Shown: piece by piece, positions 57,860 through 64,000 of the stretch
Layout: the number at the start of each line of letters is the position of its first letter
Numbering within the stretch: the first letter of the stretch is position 1
NCBI GenBank assembly: GCA_965644295.1
Contig: CBFFRP010000138.1
Location: 133,080-197,079 of the forward strand
Direction of reading: 5' to 3'
DNA from: Paraphysomonas bandaiensis
Taxonomy: Eukaryota; Protista; Chrysophyceae
DNA length: 64,000 bases
Translations under genes and position numbers: made by a program
Notes under the pieces: generated by a model
Database searches by the model: none
What the model saw: the letters and a program-made list of their open reading frames with translations, nothing else
Told to the model about the DNA's origin: nothing

Positions 57860-60800
57860 ATGGGTAATATTACTGAAGCTGCTTATAAGGGTGATTTCAA
57901 TGGTGTGAAGAGGTGTGTTGATATCAATATACAAGATGATAAGGTAAAAACCATACACACATATACATACGTACATACATACATACACACATGCATACAT
58001 ACATACATACATACATACATACATACATACATACATACATACATACATACATACATACATACATACATACATACATACATACATACATACATACATACAT
58101 ACATACATACATACATACATACATACATACATACATACATACATACATACATACATACATACATACACTCGTATGATAATATTGTTATCGTCTTATAGGG
58201 AGGTTCTACAGCTCTTCACAGGGCTGCCTCTAATGGTCACAGAGATACAGCTGAGTATCTTATAAGAGCAGGAGCAGATATAAATATAAAAAACAAAGTA
58301 CGTAACCCCTCCATACATACATACAGACAGACAGACAGACATACAGAGATAGAGTGTGATGAGGGCTCGTATGATATTTTTGTTATTGTTTTGTTTTGTA
58401 GGATGGTTCTACAGCTCTTCACTATGCTGCCTCTAATGGTCACAGAGATACAGCTGAGTATCTTATAAGAGCAGGAGCAGATAGAAATATACGAGACAAT
58501 GTAAGTAACCCCCACATACATACATACATACATACATACATACATACATACATACATACATACGTACATGCATAGAGTGTTATGAGGCTCGTATGGTATT
58601 ATTGTTATTGTTTTACAGGGGGGGGTTACAGCCCTTCACTATGCTGCCTCTAATGGTCACAGAGATACAGCTGAGTATCTTATAAGAGCAAGAGCAGGTA
58701 GAAATATACGAGACAATGTAAGTAACCCCCACATACATACATACATACACATACATACATACATACATACATACATACATACATACATGCATACATGCAT
58801 AGAGTGTTATGAGGCTCGTATGATATTTTTATTATTGTTTTATAGTATGGTTGGACAGCTCTTCACTATGCTGCCTCTAATGGTCACAGAGATATAGCTG
58901 AGTGTCTTATAAGAGCAGGAGCAGATAGAAATATACGAGACAATGTAAGTAACCCCCACATACATACATACATACACACATACATACATACATAGATTGT
59001 TATGAGCCTCATATGATATTTGTTATTGTTTTATAGGATGGTTCTACAGCTCTTCACTATGCTGCCTCTAATGGTCACAGAGATATAGCTGAGTGTCTTA
59101 TAAGAGCACGAGCAAATATAACTATTCAAAGCAGTGTAAGTAACCCCCACATACATACATACATACACACAGTGTTCGAAGGCTCGTATGTTATTTTTGT
59201 CATTGTTTTATAGAATGGTTGGACAGCTCTTCACTATGCTGCCTCTAATGGTCACAGAGATACAGCTGAGTATCTGATAAGAGCAGGAGCAGATATAACT
59301 ATTCAAAGCAAAGTAAGTAACCCCCACATACATACATACATACATGCATAGAGTGTTATGAGGGCTCATATGATATTTTTGTCATTGTTTTATAGTATGG
59401 TTGGACAGCTCTTCACTATGCTGCCTCTTATGGTCACAGAGATATAGCTGAGTATCTGATAAGAGCAGGAGCAGATATAAATATTCAAAATAATGTAAGT
59501 AACCCCCACATACATGCACTGTGATGTTTATTGTTGCTTTTGCAGAATGGAGATAATTCTGTTGAATTGGCAAAAGATGATGAGATGCGTGATATCATCA
59601 ACAATGCACATGTTAGTATGTAGACTGTGTGCTTCATCTACTTGTAGAACCAGAGATATATCCTAATTGGAATCATATGTGTATTGTATAGGCTGCGAGG
59701 CAGAGACAGAGACAACAAGAGGAGCAAGCTGCTGCTGCTGCAGAGGTATGTGTGTGATGATGATGTAGTTTTATGATGGTGTGATATGTTTGATAGTATT
59801 GGTATGGTTGGTGTATTATATAGGCGTCGAGTTTGTTTTGGTTTTAATTGTGTTTGTGTGTATTGTATAGACTGAAAGGCAGAGACAGAGACAACAAGAG
59901 GAGGAAGCTGCTGCCGCCGCTGCAGAGGTATGTGTGTGATGATGATGTAGTTTTATGATGGTGTGATATGTTTGATAGTATTGGTATGGTTGGTGTATTA
60001 TATAGGCGTCGAGTTTGTTTTGGTTTTAATTGTGTTTGTGTGTATTGTATAGACTGAAAGGCAGAGACAGAGACAACAAGAGGAGGAAGCTGCTGCCGCC
60101 GCTGCAGAGGTATGTGTGTGATGATGATGTAGTTTTATGATGGTGTGATATGTTTGATAGTATTGGTATGGCTGGTGTATTATATAGGCGTCGAGTTTGT
60201 TTTGGTTTTAATTGTGTTTGTGTGTATTGTATAGACTGAAAGGCAGAGACAGAGACAACAAGAGGAGGAAGCTGCTGCCGCCGCTGCAGAGGTATGTGGG
60301 TGATATGGTATGATATGTTTGACAGTATTGGTATGGTTGTTATGAGCAGGCTGTTCGACGATGTGCCTCCTATGTCTCAGTTGTGCATTCGAAAGTTCTT
60401 GAAGTGAGGAATTTGCGCAAGCCATCATTAACCTCTAGTGATGAGAAATTAATGTCCTTCATTACTGATAATAATCTACGTGACTCTGTGATGGGCCTTT
60501 TGTCCGCATTTGAAACCAAAGACTCGTGGTTAACAGTTCCCTATGTAGAGGTATTGGAGTCAGTAGATGGCTCGGACTGTGTTTTGACAGAATTGGAGCA
60601 GAAACTTCTGTCCTTACAAGAGTCTATCCGTTGTCATATAGAACGTAAGGATATTGACATGGAAGCTCTACAAGAGCTTCAGGGTGAGCGCGATAGTGTT
60701 CGGCGACAACTAGTATCTGTAATGCGGAAAATCCTCGCAGCTCCCTTGGAAGAGTGGCTAGTGGTTCTGAAGCAAGTCGACTACGAATGCAGATGGTCAG

Positions 60801-63340
60801 AAAATGAGGTGACTGAAGCTGTAGAATGCACTGGAGAAGCCCGACAGATATCGTCTACTGAGCTGATGACGCTTCTGTCCGATTTCGAAGACAAGGTGGG
60901 AGAATGGGTGGGCCAGTGTTCGCGCTCCCCCGCTGAGGAAACAGAGAGAGCACTTACGGCATTCCATAAATGTTTAGGATGTGTTGGGGAGGTGTTACTT
61001 GATGAAAATAGCATGAGTATGCATTATCTGGAAGTTTGTTCAAAGGAATTGGACGAGTGTCTTCGTGTTGAGAGAAAACACTGGCAGAACCCTCTGCTTT
61101 TATACCCAGGGTTAGCCAGTGATACCAGGGAAGCAAGTGTAGCAGTCGCGCGATTTACCTCATACTGTTGTCATAAAGGTTCCGAAGTTGTGAAACAGAG
61201 GGCTAGAATACGAAACCAGCTCGAGGAATTGGAGGTGTGGGTTGATGGTCCTCCAAACAGGCAAGTCTTCTCTGGCCTGTTGGACGATATTAGAAATGCT
61301 CAGAAGCGTATAGCGCAGTGCGAGTTTGCTATTAAAATGGAGGAACTTGAGGGTGATAATTGTGACAGAGCGAGACAGCAACAACTCGTTGAAGATCTGA
61401 AAAATGCCAAAGTAGGTCTTCAATTTAAGCGTAACGCACTGTGCAAAGAGCGTGCAGCTCTCTCTCGAATAGCTTTGACACATTTCCCCGAGATGCCAAT
61501 CTTGTTTCCTGGGATTGGTTTTGACCCGAAAGATTTGCCTGACATGGCTAAGGGGTTATTGATAATTGACCGTTCGATTGGTGATTACTCTGACTTGGAG
61601 GTTATCGATAGTAACAACCGAAACTTGGTTATGAGGGGCTGCTTTGCTAAGAGGACCGTATTTTTGAAAGCCTTTTCATGCAGCAATGAGGACCAACAGA
61701 AAAGCTTCTGGCGGGAAGCTCGCATATTAGCTACCCATTGTCAAAGTCCGTACATAGCGGACATCAGTGCTGTATTCCTTGAGAAGGGTAAAGCGTATAT
61801 AGAAATGCCTTTCTATATAAACGGAAACATAGCGCTGTACCTAGAGAGACAAGAACATGAGTTAAGCGTTTTGTCCAAGCGTCTACTATGCAACGATGTG
61901 TTGCATGGGTTGGCTCATTTGCACGGCAATAATGTGGTTCACTGTGATGTGAAGCCAGACAATATCCTTATTTCGGAAAGGGGGACCGCTGTGTTGACAG
62001 ATTTCGATATTTCTATCGACTCTTTGAGTCGAGATCAGTCTACTTTGGGCGGAAGAATGAGAGGGTCTCAGGATTTTATGGCCCCTGAGGTATTCATTGG
62101 TAATTCTCCATCGTGTGCTTCGGATATGTACTCCTTTGGTGTGTGTGTGCTTCACATTTTTGGCCTGGAGTGTAATCGGGGAAGTGTGGATGAAGTTCTA
62201 GTGCACAAGATTCCCGAGTGTGTTGGAGAACTCGAGGGATTGAGGGGGCATCTCATAAAGATTCTGTGTCGAAATCCGGAGGAACGACTTTCCTCCCGGG
62301 ATGCACTGCAGCAGTCTTTCTTCGCCGTACAAGATTTGGCCGGTGATGTACAATCCCTTCGGGAAAAAATCGCCGGTCAGGAGCGGGAGACAGCGCAAGA
62401 GAGGGAACGACTGGAAAGAGAACAACAAGCTCGCATGCGAGTATGTTGTGTGTGTGACGATGAGGTAGATGTGTGCCAGGGACTTCAGTGCGAAGGAGAA
62501 ACTCGACATTTTACTTGCGAAGGCTGTCTAAACGCATATGTCAAAGTTGAGGCCACGTCAGAGAAGGGACGACGTCGACTAGTTCATATATGGGATATAT
62601 CTCGGCAACGAGACCTTTACCTTCGAGGCAATAAAGAAGATATTCTGAGGGAGTTCAAGCAAGTAGCTAACAGCACGGAGCTGCAAAAGCCTTGGCCCGA
62701 TATGAGGGCCCCTGACTTTGAAGGGGTTTGGAAGGAGCGAACAGATTACGGTGGCGAGTTTCGAATCATGTGTCCCTACCATTCTCATGGGTGTAATGTG
62801 GGTCCCTTCGATTCCCATAAGGTGGTACGGCTATTAACAGAAGAGGTTCACCGTTTGTATCAACGCAGTGAGCGTGAGCTTGTTGCCTGGCGGGAATGGT
62901 GTCGATTCGAGGAGGCTCAGCGGCTGGAGAAGATTCGCCTCGCTACCTTATCCGAGAAGGACAGAGAGATACAAACTCACAGTAACTACATTAGGGATTG
63001 TATTTTGTCCCTCAGGTGTCCGAGATGTGCATGGCTGTTTACTCCAGATAGTTTAGACTATGACCATTGTCTAGCTCTTTATTGCCCGAATTGCAACTGT
63101 GGATTCTGTGGGTACTGCCTACACGACTGTGGCGACGATGCCCACCGACACACTGCCAATTGCAGATACAATAACCGTAGACCTAGTGTATTTACCCGGC
63201 GGGTGGACTACGAGGAGTCCCAGCGGCTTCGCCAGACAGAGTCGTTGAAAGCCTATTTAGCTACTATTCGTGTGGAAATTCGTGAGGAGGTAATAAACGC
63301 TGTGACGGAGATCATTTCAGAATTAGCGATCACTATCTAA
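57860..63340 (+). CDS. Ankyrin-repeat, coiled-coil, protein kinase and RING/RBR-like E3 ligase protein; 14 exons, about 1352 aa
   Basis: Exons 57860-57943; seven 99-nt ANK exons (58199-58297, 58402-58500, 58619-58717, 58846-58944, 59037-59135, 59214-59312, 59396-59494); 59546-59611; 59692-59745; 59871-59927; 60053-60109; 60235-60291; 60350-63340. All introns are phase 0. Kinase motifs [23 protein letters not shown]-like CCVC...HFTCEGC...CP; RING2/IBR-like CPRC...C...[12 protein letters not shown]...H.H...C. Confidence 0.9.
59746..60291 (+). repeat. 182-bp intron-plus-exon tandem triplication
   Basis: Identical 57-nt exon [19 protein letters not shown] with its upstream intron, period 182. 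Confidence 0.92.
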
Positions 63341-64000
63341 TATGCTGTGGAGCGACGAGAAGTTATGATATTTATACGTTGGATCACATTATTTCACGCA
63401 CACTACTGTTCCTCTGATAGTGGTCCCCAACGGATACACATCATCATTCACTTGAATATCTTCAATCTGTGTATATCGACGATTGTTGTGGAGGTGCTCA
63501 GTTTGTTCTTTTGCCAACAATATGAGTGAGACATGCTATTACTCTTGCGTGCTGAGGTTGAAGTGTATACTGACCCGTATGACACAGTTGGATGATTTAC
63601 TAAGTTAACTGAACGTGTATTCACTCAATAATCATATTATAATTATAATCAATATCTCTAATCATTCATCGATTTCATGTTATCTCTACTACCAATCATT
63701 TATTCTTACGATCTTACATCGTCATGATGGAAAATGGCATAACTGAACAATACTTTTTTTCACTCTATTATACTTAGAACTTATATAAAGTATATTAGGA
63801 TTCAGCTTAATACATGATTGTATCTGTGAGTTATAATGTTCAATGAAATATACCATGAACTGAATTAGAGAGAGTATCTGTCGAAGATACGTGATCGTCA
63901 TCATAACGTCGTCATTATCAGTTACACTTCTAACTATTCCGTTGTGCATGATAGTACGTTCTATATTGTTATTCATAATTTTTACTCTATCGTGTTCATT

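Noticed and set aside
20950-58569. ORFs reading MYVCMYVC... or HTYIHTYI...
   Set aside because: They are translations of (TATG)n/(CATA)n microsatellites, not genes.

Overview
Eukaryotic, intron-rich (GT-AG), AT-rich nuclear DNA from a protist; a stramenopile is my inference from the gene content. Conventional genes: an AGC-like kinase, a glutaredoxin-like/thioredoxin reductase selenoprotein (C-terminal G-C-U-G plus a 3' SECIS), an F-box protein, a RanBP2 zinc-finger protein, an EngB/YihA GTPase, CEP44-like, an RFC-like AAA+ protein, Rrp46, RNASEK-like/V-ATPase subunit f, cyclin Y-like and NDUFA12. Most sit in head-to-head pairs. Mobile DNA: a young Ty3/Gypsy chromovirus inserted exactly on a host start codon, and several non-autonomous TIR elements. 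Most interesting signals: (i) a 14-exon ankyrin/kinase/RING gene with one ankyrin repeat per 99-nt phase-0 exon, varying mainly at predicted binding positions (candidate exon-shuffled receptor); (ii) ten tandem box C/D snoRNA-like units inside one thioredoxin reductase intron; (iii) two intronless ankyrin-like arrays ended by a recurring +1 'stop' repeat variant and followed by out-of-frame repeats; (iv) Crinkler-type HNH and NTPase-nuclease genes nearby. Everything was read by eye and no database searches were run.
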